DNA of 63,248 bases, counting the filler, from Pirum gemmata (taxonomy: Eukaryota): the NCBI GenBank assembly GCA_002812295.1. It is 25 parts of 25 records of this genome, joined end to end, with 100 filler letters (N's around TTAATTAATTAA, not from the genome) between each part and the next. Parts side by side here need not be neighbours in the genome. Positions count along the whole stretch, not along the records: positions 1 to 2,244 come from PDIN01007300.1; positions 2,345 to 5,695 come from PDIN01007301.1; positions 5,796 to 8,582 come from PDIN01007302.1; positions 8,683 to 10,972 come from PDIN01007303.1; positions 11,073 to 13,362 come from PDIN01007304.1; 20 more parts are not named here. One strand, written 5' to 3'. Shown piece by piece: positions 1 through 11,762 of this stretch (its first letter is position 1; the number at the start of each line of letters is the position of its first letter). The translations under genes and the position numbers were made by a program. The notes beneath the pieces are model-generated. The model had not been told where the DNA came from and did not search any database. It saw nothing but the letters and a program-made list of their open reading frames with translations.

Positions 1-105
1 AGGGTTAGGGTTAGGGTTAGGGTTAGGGTTGTGGGTTGTGGGTTAGGGTTGTGGATTGTAGGTTAGCGTTAGCGTTAGCGTAAGGGTTAAGGTTAAGGTT
101 AATAC

Positions 106-2171
106 TTGTAATGTTGTAGTAACAGGGATTTTGGCCGCTCTAGCAATTTTTGTAAAATGTTGAGTAGAATCGGAGGTAACTACACCCTGACCCACGTAAA
201 AAATGGGTTTTTCCGAGTTGTTTATTATTTTAGCTACTCGTTTCCAGTCCTCTGCATCCATAGCAAATTGAGAATCTGGTCGTTGAAAAGCTTTAAAGGG
301 CATAACTTTATGCTTTGTAGGTGATTCTCGAAGAATTGAAGCCGTAACATCTTTGGGTAAATCCTGAAAAAAATTGTAGAGAGTGTGTGTGTTTAATAAT
401 TAATATTAATTGCGTCAGGGTTGGGGCTGGGGATGGGTTATGGTTATTGGTTATGGTTATTGGTTATGGTTATTGGTTATGGTTATGGTTACGGTTATTG
501 GTTATGGTTATGGTTATAGGTTATGGTTATGGTTATGGTTATGGTTATGTTGATGGTTATGGTGATGGTTATGGTTATGGTGATGGTGATGGTGATGGTT
601 ATGGTTATGGTTATGGTTATGGTTATGGTTGTGGTTATGGTTATGGTTATGGTTATGGTNGGTTATGGTTATGGTTATGGTTATGGTTATGGTTATGGTT
701 ATGGTTATGGTTATGGTTATGGTTATGGTTATGGTTATGATTATGGTTTTATGGTCATGGTTATGGTTTTATGGTTATGGTTATGGTTATGGTTATGGTT
801 ATGGTTATGGTTATGGTTATGGTTATGGTTATGGTTGTGGTTATGGTTATACGTAGGGTTAGGGTTAGGGTTAGGGTTGGGATTGGGGTTAAGGAAGGCA
901 CAGGCATAGGTATTTGTGGGGTTTGGGGTAAGGGTAAAGGTAAGGGTAAGGGTAAGGTAAGGGTAAAGGTAAGGGTAAAGGTAAGGGTAAAGGTAAGGGT
1001 AAAGGTAAGGGTAAGGGTAAGGGTAAGGGCAAAGGTAAGGGCAAAGGTAAGGGTAAGAGGTAAGGGTAAGGGGTAAGGGTAAGGGTAAGGGTAAGGGTAA
1101 GGGTAAGGGTAAGGGTAAGGGTAAGGGTAAGGGTAAGGGCAAAGGTGAGGGTAAGGGTAAGGGTAAAGGTTAGGGTAAAGGTTAGGGTAAGGGTAAAGGT
1201 TAGGGTAAGGGTAAGGGTAAGGGTAAAGGTAAGGGTAAGGGTAAGGGTAAAGGTAAGAGTAAGGGTAAGGGTAAGGGTAAGGGTAAGGGTAAGGGTTAGA
1301 GCTAGGATTGGGGCACAAAACATTAATACTTACAACTAGTACAGGACCAGGACGGCCAGAGGTAGCTATTTCAAAGGCTTGGTTTATGCAACGAGGTAAG
1401 TCCTCGATATCTTTAACAAGAACATTCCATTTAGTACAAGGGCGTGTAATACCAACAATATCGGCTTCTTGAAAAGCATCGCTACCCATTAGTTGTGTAG
1501 GGACTTGACCTGTAAATACTATTAGAGGAACACCATCCTTTACGTAATAAAAACAAAGAGATAGACATGAATGCATGATTTGATTGTTTAGTTCTACTTA
1601 GAGATTGTGGTGGTGGTGGTGGTGGTGGTGGTGAACTAAACATTAGTTGTATCGGGAATTGACCTGTAAATACTATTAGAGGAACATAATCCTTTACGTA
1701 ATAAAAACAAAGAGATAGACATGAATGAATGATTTGATTGTTTAGTTCTACTTGGCGATTATGGTGGTGGTGGTGGTGGTGGTGGTGGTGGACTACACAT
1801 TAGTTGTGTCGGGAATTGACCTGTAAATACTATTAGAGGAACATCATCTTTTATGTAATAAAAACAAAGAGATAGACATGAATAAATGCTTTGATTGTTT
1901 AGTCCTACTTAGCGATTGGTGTGTTTGTGGTGGTGATGACTGGCTGTGGTGGTGGTTACATACCAAAAACTAAAACATCTGTAGAATAATAAAACAATTT
2001 GTAAGTATATATACTAAACAAAAAACAATATGGGAAGGGTGGGAGTAGGAAAGGGAGAAAACTCCGAAACACTAACCATGAGGGCATCTTGTAAGGCAGT
2101 AACTGTGTTCGTTGCTCCTGGCCCCGATGTCACTAGCACAATACCAGGCTTTCCCGATGTACGAGCATATC
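106..2171 (-). CDS. ILV2: Acetolactate synthase large subunit (ILV2/IlvB), partial; exons 2171-2077, 1537-1334, 363-106
   Basis: Spliced translation [70 protein letters not shown]...[15 protein letters not shown]...KPIFYVGQG...IPVTTTLQ; all junctions are GT-AG and in frame. Confidence 0.95.
420..1300 (+). repeat. Intronic hexamer microsatellites (TTATGG)n-(TTAGGG)n-(TAAGGG)n
   Basis: Read directly; lie within ALS intron 364-1333. Confidence 0.95.
1488..1960 (-). repeat. Three tandem ~155-bp copies of the ALS intron end/exon start, separated by (GGT)n
   Basis: Unit GACCTGTAAATACTATTAGAGGAACA...AAAACAAAGAGATAGACATGAAT...GATTGTTTAGT; the equivalent exon-start base falls at 1537, 1691 and 1848. 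Confidence 0.9.
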
Positions 2172-2187
2172 CTAAATAAATAGAATC

Positions 2188-2225
<38 letters not shown>

Positions 2226-2244
2226 CCATTATCATTATTATTAT

Positions 2245-2344
2245 NNNNNNNNNNNNNNNNNNNNNNNNNNNNNNNNNNNNNNNNNNNNTTAATTAATTAA
2301 NNNNNNNNNNNNNNNNNNNNNNNNNNNNNNNNNNNNNNNNNNNN
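2245..2344. other. Artificial contig linker N-TTAATTAATTAA-N (first of ~24, e.g. ~5740, 8627, 11017 ... 60957)
   Basis: Identical six-frame-stop 12-mer inside ~100-nt N blocks, recurring about every 2.3 kb. Confidence 0.98.
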
Positions 2345-2735
2345 TTTTTTTTTTTTTTTTTTTTTTTTTTGCTCTTTTTTTGCCAAGTTTTGAGATAACA
2401 GAAAAAGCCCGAACAATTTCCCTATCGAATTACTATAACATATATAGTTGTTTCGGTTTTTTAAATTTTCGATCTATATTTATCACTCAGACCACAATTC
2501 CATTTTCTGTTTTTTTTTTGATTTTTTTTTTTCTCAGTTTATTTTTATAATTTTTTCATCAATTTTTTATCAGAATTTTTTTTTTTTTTTTGTAATATTA
2601 TGTATAAATGGAGACTAAATGATAAGCAGTAATTTAGTATTTAGTATTGATAATAGAGTAAAAATAAAAAGACTTTTTCTTTTGAAATATTAAAAATAGA
2701 AACGCTGAAAAAGAATTTTTAAACAAGTACCAAAA

Positions 2736-3272
2736 ATGAAAATCACAATTTTGTGCCTAGCCCTACTTGCAAGTTGTGTTGATGGTTTAAACCTTCACAT
2801 GCAGGAGCAAATTCGAAAACTCACTCAAAAAAGTAAAAGTAAAAGTGAACCTGGTACAAACTGGGCTATTTTAATTGCTGGATCTCGTGGTTATTACAAC
2901 TACAGACACCAAGTATGGATTTGGCATTAGCTTTTTTATTCATTGTTGTTTACTTTTTTTGCTATTTTCAATTTATGTTCTATTTTAAATATAATACCTG
3001 GAATACTTGTCATAAGCTTGTCATAGTTGTTTTTCTTTCTCTTAATTTATTATTTTTTTTTCATTTTCATTACTATTTCGTGCATTTTGGTGTATGGCTA
3101 AAATTAATCACAATTTTCTTATTATATATATTCAAATTATGAACGTTCAGGCTGATATTGCACATTCATATCACCTCCTAAAAAATAATGGTTACCCAGA
3201 GGAACAAATTATTACGCTTATGTATGATGATGTTGCGAATTCACCATCAAATCCATTTCCAGGCACTTTAAT
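2736..3272 (+). CDS. LGMN: Legumain / asparaginyl endopeptidase (peptidase C13), 5' part; exons 2736-2912, 3151-3272
   Basis: Signal peptide, then NWAILIAGSRGYYNYRHQ|ADIAHSYHLLKNNGYPEEQIITLMYDDVANSPSNPFPG, a hallmark C13 N-terminus; GT-AG intron. Confidence 0.93.
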
Positions 3273-3571
3273 GTATGCTGTTATATATATATTATACTAT
3301 ATTATTTATGTATTGTATATTATTATTTTTGATTGTTGAAGTATTCTTATTTTTGTTTTATTATTATTATTATTATTNGTTATTGTTATTACTATTGTTA
3401 TTGTTATTGTTATTGTTATTGTTATTGTTATTGTTATTGTTATTGTTATTGTTATTGATATTGATATTGATATTGATAAATATATATATAATCAAACGTT
3501 TGCCCTTTAATTAAAAGGGTTTGGCTTTCATAACTAGTAATGTATAAAAGTTTCCTACCCTAAAAAGCAAA

Positions 3572-5695
3572 CTTTTACTATTATTAATTATTATTAAAAA
3601 ACAACGAGCAATCCACAAAGGTTAGTTAAGCTTTTCCCCGATGAAAACCCCAATCTGAAAAAGTCAAATACTAAACAAAGTGGTGCAGATTACAATAGTC
3701 CAGATGGTAGCTGGTGTTCTCTAACTTCCGAATCCGAATTTATAAAGGGTTACGAGCTGCTTTTCTGGAACCGTTTGAAATCATTAATTGATCGCTAGGA
3801 GAACGGGTGATATTTTTTCGAACTACACTAATCTCACCATAAATGGTAGGCCTCTAGGCCTTAGCAAGTTCAATTTTACGTTTAATCTCAAACAACACTT
3901 CTTTTCTTTCTGTAAGTTCACTTGATTTTTGTTGTTTAATACCACAGAGTCGGTTATACTCGTTCGTTATGTGTTTTCTTGCATCATTATAAGCACGGTT
4001 TATATCATCAAATTTATGACTAAATTCATTGTTTAAATTTGTTTTTAGTACAGCGTACTTCCCACTGGACGACAATTTACCGTCTTGGAGTTCTTCAGAT
4101 GAAAAGATGTATTTTGGTTTTTCTGTTTTTAATTTAAAGTCAGTATGTATGATTTCCTGTAAAGTTTCATAATTGTAATTACCAACAATAACCTTTAATT
4201 CGCGTTCACTTTTAATTTTTTCGAAAAACGAATTCATATTTACTTTTGTTGTAGTTTCCCAAATTTTTAAATCTTTAGAAAGAGTGCTAACCATTGCTTC
4301 TGCAACACTTGAAATTTTTTTCATAGTATAATGTAAGCCTATGTATAATTCAGGATACTGAATACATACTCTAGAAATAATGATTTGGGCAACGTGATTA
4401 CTCCACACTCCTCCTTCCAACATACATGTAAATTCATCAGTATATGGAAGTTGATAAATGGCTTTCAATGTTCTTCCGTCTTCTTCAAATATTACACCAG
4501 CCATACCCTCAAAAGTATCTTTTGTAACAAGATTCGAGTAAATTTTAGCATAGTCATGAAAGAGCTTTTCCAATCCGTCTGACTTAAAATTAGAGATAGG
4601 ATTTAAGTTTAAATGATCATTAGGTATGTCAAATATTTGGGCATGTTTTTCATATTCGTTGAGTTCTTTCTTTATTTGCAATGATTTAGCATCCGTGAGA
4701 ATTTCGTGTTCCATAACAGCTTGTTTTTTTGCATTTAAACTATCCTTTAACTTGTCATTTTCTTTCAAAAATGTTTGCAAATTGAGAATATTGTCTGAAG
4801 TCTTATTGTATAAAATAGTCACTTCTTCCAAATTTTGTTTTTTATTGTCAATATCAATTTGTAAGTCTTTAATTTCACCTATAGCTGATTCCATGTCGTA
4901 AAACCAACTTCTTGGGTTTAACCAACTTCCTGATCTTAATCCTTTGTTCGACCTTAATTGTAAGCCCCAAACATTTTTAAAACTTGGGCCAGTTTCCCTG
5001 AAATAACTTAAGTATTCTACATCTTTCTTTCGCTCAATCTCCTTGTCATCAATTTGATCTTTATAACTTTTTTGACTATAGCCATAATGATGTAAATCGG
5101 AACGGTTTCCGTGCAAGTACTCCAAGTTTTGGTTAAGGATGGGTTCTAAATTTAATAAGGTTTGTTCTAATTGCCCATACTGTTGGAAGTATGTTTTATT
5201 AAAGCTTGATGCGTCCATTTTTTTAATTTAATTAAAATTAAATTTTTGAGAACTTATAATATTATAAATGATATTGCTATTCCAAAATAAAAAATAAAAA
5301 ATAAATTTTTCTTTACAAATTAATTTTTTTTTTTTTGTTTTTAATTAATTAATTTCTTTTTATTATTTTTATTTTTATACTAGTTTTTTAGCTCTGTCCC
5401 ATTGAACTATCTCCTTCAATAGTCTTCAACTTTGAGACAACTATTTCGTGCTAACCCTAACCCTATTTATTAAAAACTACCTATAGTCTGTATTTTCATA
5501 AAAATGTTTTGGTTTTTTCAAACGCATGGGTAGTGATAATAGTTAGAGAACACCAGCTACCATCTGGACTATTGTAATCTGGACCACTTTGTTTAGTATT
5601 TGACTTTTTCAGATTGGGGTTTTCATCGGTGAAAAGCTTAACTAACCTTTGTGGATTGCTCGTTGTTTTTTAATAATAATTAATAATAGTAAAAG
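3572..5695. mobile_element. Candidate inverted-repeat-bounded element (155-bp arms 3572-3726 and 5541-5695) enclosing an orphan ORF
   Basis: Arms are reverse complements with 2 mismatches that I could find; the right arm is cut by the contig end. Confidence 0.55.
3854..5218 (-). CDS. Intronless 454-aa hypothetical protein with coiled-coil-like segments
   Basis: Long, compositionally complex ORF in AT-rich DNA, ATG to TAG; no family recognised. Confidence 0.8.
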   Translation of the reverse strand: MDASSFNKTYFQQYGQLEQTLLNLEPILNQNLEYLHGNRSDLHHYGYSQKSYKDQIDDKEIERKKDVEYLSYFRETGPSFKNVWGLQLRSNKGLRSGSWLNPRSWFYDMESAIGEIKDLQIDIDNKKQNLEEVTILYNKTSDNILNLQTFLKENDKLKDSLNAKKQAVMEHEILTDAKSLQIKKELNEYEKHAQIFDIPNDHLNLNPISNFKSDGLEKLFHDYAKIYSNLVTKDTFEGMAGVIFEEDGRTLKAIYQLPYTDEFTCMLEGGVWSNHVAQIIISRVCIQYPELYIGLHYTMKKISSVAEAMVSTLSKDLKIWETTTKVNMNSFFEKIKSERELKVIVGNYNYETLQEIIHTDFKLKTEKPKYIFSSEELQDGKLSSSGKYAVLKTNLNNEFSHKFDDINRAYNDARKHITNEYNRLCGIKQQKSSELTERKEVLFEIKRKIELAKA

Positions 5696-5795
5696 NNNNN
5701 NNNNNNNNNNNNNNNNNNNNNNNNNNNNNNNNNNNNNNNTTAATTAATTAANNNNNNNNNNNNNNNNNNNNNNNNNNNNNNNNNNNNNNNNNNNN

Positions 5796-6230
5796 GCAGT
5801 GGAGGCTTATAATGCTTCCTATCATTCTAGCATCGACCATATTCCTGAAATTGTATTCTTTGGTCGAAGTAGAAATAATCCTGATCAAACTAAAGAAGTT
5901 CTTATCAACAAACCAAAAACGACCGCAAAAATTTGCGATCCCAAAGTTGTGGATTTTGGCGATAGCCTTCAACTCAAACACGGTTGCTATACACGAGTAC
6001 ATGGTCCTTGTAATTCAAACCCATACTCTGCTGAATGGAAAATGCAGAGAATTTGGATTGGTATGACTAAACAAATTAAAAATGCCATCATGGCTATTGT
6101 TTCGTTACAAAGAACAACTTGCGAGTTGGTAATTTTGTTTATCCCGGAGGTTGTGATGATGCAACAGCCAATTGGTTCTCTTTATCGAACCTTAATAAAG
6201 AAAGAATATATAGATGGTAACAAATGCTAA
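5796..6230 (+). mobile_element. LTR-retrotransposon integrase C-terminal fragment (5' truncated)
   Basis: AVEAYNASYHSSIDHIPEIVFFGRS matches the end of the rve core (AYN...HSS...P...FGR). Confidence 0.6.
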
Positions 6231-6272
6231 ATTAATTTTTACTATTTTATTTTTATTATTAACCATAATAAA

Positions 6273-6323
<51 letters not shown>

Positions 6324-6487
6324 TAAGCNACGCCAATAATAATATAGCCTTCATGCTGGAAGAAAGAATAGAATTGGAAATACTTATTATTAGCAAGTAG
6401 TACTATTTGTTTAGAAACCCTATTTTTTTTAAAATATTACTATATTAAGAATTTACAATTAACAATTTCTCTTTGCACCTCACGTAC

Positions 6488-7676
6488 TTTTTTTTTTTAC
6501 AAGAGGAATCGATCGGTATTTATAAATAAATATAACATAATTATGAATATAATTTATAACAAAATTTAATATCATTTTTCTTCAGAGCACCATTTTGAAC
6601 AGGGCGAGGAAAAAATTTGAGTGAAAATAAAAAACAAATAGTCTTTAGTCATCCCATCGAACACTATCTAACCCTGACCCTAACCATCGATATAATATCC
6701 CTATATATCAGTAAAAAATTAAATGCAATGTCTTTAACAGTTCCAACTTCCGCTGAGTGTAAGCGAGATCTTGGAGAAAAATTGACTTTTTCTAATAGTG
6801 GTAATTCTAATGATGATGGAGTTTGGACTTTAGATCTTTGATCGAATTGCGTGTACAAAAAAGCATGATGTATAACATAGCGCATGATGTATAATGTTAT
6901 ACATCGTAGCAGTCCCTAGCAACAGTAATCTGTGTAATTAGTCTTCGTGTTTAAAAATAGTTCATCTTTAATATCAGGGTTATGTTTAGGTATTACTTTA
7001 TTGAATTAAGTAATATCAGGGTTATGTTTAGGTTTACCAATCAATAGGTTTACGGCAAGGCCAGAGAGTGCCAAGGATAGGGTGAATGTTCGAAATGATA
7101 TCATTATTATAAGTAGAAATGATGCAAATCCAAAGGCCATTTTTAGAGGAAAAAAAGGAATTATTATAATAGAATTTATCTAGGACGTTGGTAAAAGGTG
7201 GTGTTAGTTGTTTGTAAAAGTTTGAAAGTATTGAAGTTTTTTTCCCACCCACCCACCTTTTTTTTCTATTTATTATTTTTAGTTGTTTAATTTTTGGATA
7301 GTGTTAATTTAATTTATTAAATTAATAAAACTTGTTTCGTTATACTTTTACCAATAATTGTATAATTATATTAGTAATAATTAATATTATGCCCTAATAT
7401 AAAATTGTCAGATGAAATATTATAGTACGATTTAACTAATTTTTTAAAAAAACCACTAGCAAATGAATCTAACACCTCATCAGAGTTGTATTCTTAATAA
7501 TGTAATTTTAAAACCTTATTTGATCTTCCTTTTTAAAAAAATATAATTTTTTTTTTTTTTTTTTTTTTTTTACAAGAGGAATCGATCGGTATTTATAAAT
7601 AAATATAACATAATTATGAATATAATTTATAACAAAATTTAATATCATTTTTCTTCAGAGCACCATTTTGAACAGG
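6488..7676. repeat. ~110-bp direct repeat pair (about 6488-6604 and 7550-7676), each preceded by poly-T
   Basis: TTTTACAAGAGGAATCGATCGGTATTTATAAAT...CAGAGCACCATTTTGAACAGGG occurs twice. Confidence 0.9.
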
Positions 7677-8230
7677 GGAGCCAATGGATTATGGAACTAT
7701 TATGGATGCCAATTTTTCATTTGCTAACTACAGTTAGCTACTAGTCTACAGTTCTACTACCATACAACCTAGACCACACAACTAACTACCCACACTACCA
7801 TACAGCTCTACAGTTATACAGTTATCATACCATACTCTACCATGGACTACCATATTTAGTAACCATAGTACTACCATGGTTTGGCTCTTTTTAAAAATCA
7901 AGTTTTCAAGCTTTGAAGTTACAATTAAGTATTGAAATATATTTTTTTATTTTTAAGTTATATTACACTAACTAGCTAGCTAAGGTACTAGATAGGGAAA
8001 ATGTTTGTATAAAAGAGGAAGAGTCTTCAAATTAAAAAAAAATAAAAAAAAATAAAAAAAAATAAAAAAAAAATAAAAAAAAATACAATTATAATACAAA
8101 ACTATAACAACAAAATTTAATATTCATCAAAAATATAAAAACGCAAAATAAGTCTGCTGACTAACAAAAAAAAAAGACAATTTTGATTAAATTCCAATTT
8201 TAATAACAAAAATATTTAAAATTAACAATC

Positions 8231-8582
8231 ATGATGTCAACAAAAGTTCGTGTTGCTGTTACTTGCGCTACAGTATGCTTAAGTTTGAATCTTGCCATCG
8301 GGGTCACTGAGATCCTGGCCTCTTCTTTGCAACAAAGTATTCTTCCGCAAGTACAACAACCTAAACCTTATCATTGTAAAGAATTCTTCGACCACAAAGG
8401 ACAAAATTATTGTTATAGCAAAGGTTTTGAATACCGCAATTCCGATACCACCAGTTGTTATGTCGATTGCGTTACAAACGACTGTTGCAAAAAACCATTA
8501 ACCTGTGGTGCTTATTTCGCATTCGTGGGGCCTGATAGTTGTTGGAATGATGATGATGAGCAAGAAGGTTACCGTGGGAAAA
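8231..8582 (+). CDS. Putative secreted cysteine-rich protein, 3' truncated
   Basis: Hydrophobic N-terminus followed by C-rich segment (HCKEFF...YCYSKG...SCYVDCVTNDCCKKPLTCGAYF...SCW). Confidence 0.7.
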
Positions 8583-9114
8583 NNNNNNNNNNNNNNNNNN
8601 NNNNNNNNNNNNNNNNNNNNNNNNNNTTAATTAATTAANNNNNNNNNNNNNNNNNNNNNNNNNNNNNNNNNNNNNNNNNNNNAAACTCCAGTATAAAACT
8701 GTAGAATTCATTTTTTTTTTTCAGACTTCTTTTCTAAAAACCTTTAATATTAACTAGCCAAATATTTTTAAAAACTAGGCTTTGGTTCATAATAGAGTTT
8801 TTTAGTTAGACTATTTCTCAAAAAAGTTGGTATTACTTTTATTAAAATTGGATCATTTTGTGGTTTTTTTGGATTTTGAGCTCATATGGCGGATGGCGCC
8901 ATTTTTATCTGGCTTGGTAGTTAAAAAGAAAGAAAAAAAGAGCACTAGTATCTGTAGCAGCTAGCTAGACAAGCTTCTATCAATTTTGGCGTCTAGCTAT
9001 GATAAGTTCTAGTAGCTATCGATAGTTCTAGCTAGCTATAGCCTTGACAAAACACTGGAACACTTGCAGCTTGTGTGCAGGGTTAGGGGGCCTGGTATTT
9101 AGAAACATTATTTA

Positions 9115-9284
9115 TAGTGCTTTTCATTTATTTTGTCACTCTGAATATTTATTTGGAGGGTTATAATCTTTAAACTGACATTTTTAAATCAATATATAGA
9201 TAATAAATTAAATGGATGTATATTGTATTAATTTGGTACTATTTATTGTATATTTTATGATGACAAAACAAATGAAAAGCGCTA
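9115..9284. mobile_element. MITE family A (~170-190 bp; TIR T(A/C)GTGCTTTTCA..TTTTGTCA). Other copies ~10674-10860, 22447-22635, 23985-24172; partial at ~41637, 42351, 44053, 49964
   Basis: ~24-bp imperfect TIRs, TA-flanked, conserved AT-rich interior on many unlinked contigs. Confidence 0.85.
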
Positions 9285-11762
9285 TGTATAGATAGACTAT
9301 ATTATGATAATTATATATACTGTATATTGCAGTACTATACAGTCTCTAGACTACTTTTTAATTAATTAATATTATTATCATATATTAATAAAAATATCAT
9401 GATCACATTTAACGGCTGTGATTTATCCGATATTATGATTATATATTAATATAATAATAGTATAATAATTATAATGATATAAATTATAATATAATAATAA
9501 AAAATTTTTTATCTAGTCTACGTATACTAGTCTATAGTTTATTTCTTATCAGCTTTTTGTTATCAAATTAGAAACTTGTCTATATTACTAGCTAGAACTA
9601 CTATCACACTAAGATAATAATAATGATGGTTTAATTAAATATAATACATAGAAGAAAGTATGATAGACTTTTTAATTATTAATATATGACTAGCTAAGTA
9701 TGAATATATTATAATTTGAATAGTTGAAAGTAATTTTTCTTATCAGTTAAAAATCGGTGTTATGTGATATATTATAATAATAAATATCGGATAAATGATA
9801 TAGAATGTAGAATAATAAATAGTGAATATGTTAGTAATGTAGTAATGGGTATTGTATTACACTAGCTAGGGCAGGCAAACTACCGAGAACATGAAATTAA
9901 TAATTGTAACAGTACTAGTACCAGATCATTGTTATTAACTGTTATAATAATATTATAATTTTATTTCAATAAAAAATGTCATTATAATATTAATATTATA
10001 TATATATTACTTATATATTGTATAATTATTACGTCGATTTACATAATTTATAATGAAATTAGGCAAACTTGATTTTCTATAAAAAAAATGCGTTGTCGAA
10101 AAAGATTAACTTCAATTAATTGTATTGATTACAATTTAAAAAATATTACGTATATACAATGTCATATTACAATTATTTACAAAAGAGTTTTACAAGGTGC
10201 TTTTATTTTATGATGTGTCACTATTTGGCTTGATCAGTCAAATAAATATTCAGAGTGACAAAATAAATGAAAAGCACAATAGACTACTAGAGACTATATA
10301 AAAAAGAAACACTAAAGAAACTCAGACAGTTTAAAATACTCAGTATTTTAAAAACCTGAAAATTTAATAATAACCAAAAACGTAGACAAAAATTACTAAA
10401 TTTAAATAAATCAAAATTGAAATGGCTCGCATTAGAAAACTAGCATTAGAAAAGATCAGATCAAGCTCATGATTTCAAATACCCTTACCTACCTACCCCT
10501 CGACGTTAATTTCCGGTCAAATACCACCTACCAACCTACCCCTTGACGTGACGTATTATTAGAACACTCCCCTTAGAGGGGAAACGAAAGTTTGTTGAAT
10601 GTTTGCTGATTGATTTATGTCATGTTCATTGGCTTTCAAAGACACTTTTTTTTTTCCTTTTTTATATAAATTACAGCGCTTTTCATTTATTTCGTCACTC
10701 CCAATATTATTTGGTTGGTTATAATTTTTTTAGTTGACATTGTTACATGAATAAATGGATAATAAAATATACCAAATTAAATGAAATGGGTTTCTATTTT
10801 ATTAATTTGGTACTCTTTATTGAATATTTTCTGATGACAAAACAACTGAAAAGCACGATAGTCTATTAGAACTGATATTAGTCTATGATATAAATCATAT
10901 AATTCATTAGGGAGCGTTCAATAATTACGTAACGCCGATTTGGGACAAAAACCTACCCTACTACCCCCCGTGNNNNNNNNNNNNNNNNNNNNNNNNNNNN
11001 NNNNNNNNNNNNNNNNTTAATTAATTAANNNNNNNNNNNNNNNNNNNNNNNNNNNNNNNNNNNNNNNNNNNNAATAATGATGATGATGATAATAATAGTA
11101 ATGATAATAATAATAATAATAATAATAATAAAGTTGACGAAATTAACCCAAAATTAGCTATATATATTTATTTATATTTATTATATAATAATACATCATA
11201 TTTGTGTAATAAAACAAAAAACAAATAACGGAATCTTAAGTTGTTTTTGCATAATAAATATTATTCTTTTTATTTATCATTTAATTCAAAACACTCAAAT
11301 GCATATCGGCATCAACACTTTATACATACATATATATACACACACACACACACACACATGAAATTAATTTAGTAATATTATGCAAAATATAGGATCATGG
11401 TCAATCCAGGTTTGATAGGGGCCACTATATGAATNGTGTGTGTTATTCAAGAAGATTTAATAATTAGTCATATATATGTAATATACCAAAATTATAAGTT
11501 TTCAGTTTTAGAAATCCTAGCTATTTAGTTGTTAGCAGTAGAAAGAAATACATATTTAAAAAAACTTAATTATTTCTTACAGTAATTTAAATGCAAATAA
11601 TAACATTGTATATTCGTAATTAGAATCGAATTTGTAACTTTTTTGCAGTCACTTATTCCAATAATCGATCTTGTTTATTAAATCAAATCAAACTATTGAC
11701 ATTCTGTTTTGAAGTTAGAATACTTCTCTCAAAAAGAAGCATTCGTACTTTTTTCATATTCA

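Noticed and set aside
1..100. TTAGGG at the window start and at contig edges as true telomeres
   Set aside because: This tract lies inside an ALS intron, and most tracts have unique flanks or the wrong orientation; contigs simply break at repeats
387..1339. ORFs of GY, VM, LW, VR, LP, LT dipeptides (likewise 13683, 17672, 21399, 22909, 42587-43126, 46572, 55008)
   Set aside because: Translations of microsatellites, not genes
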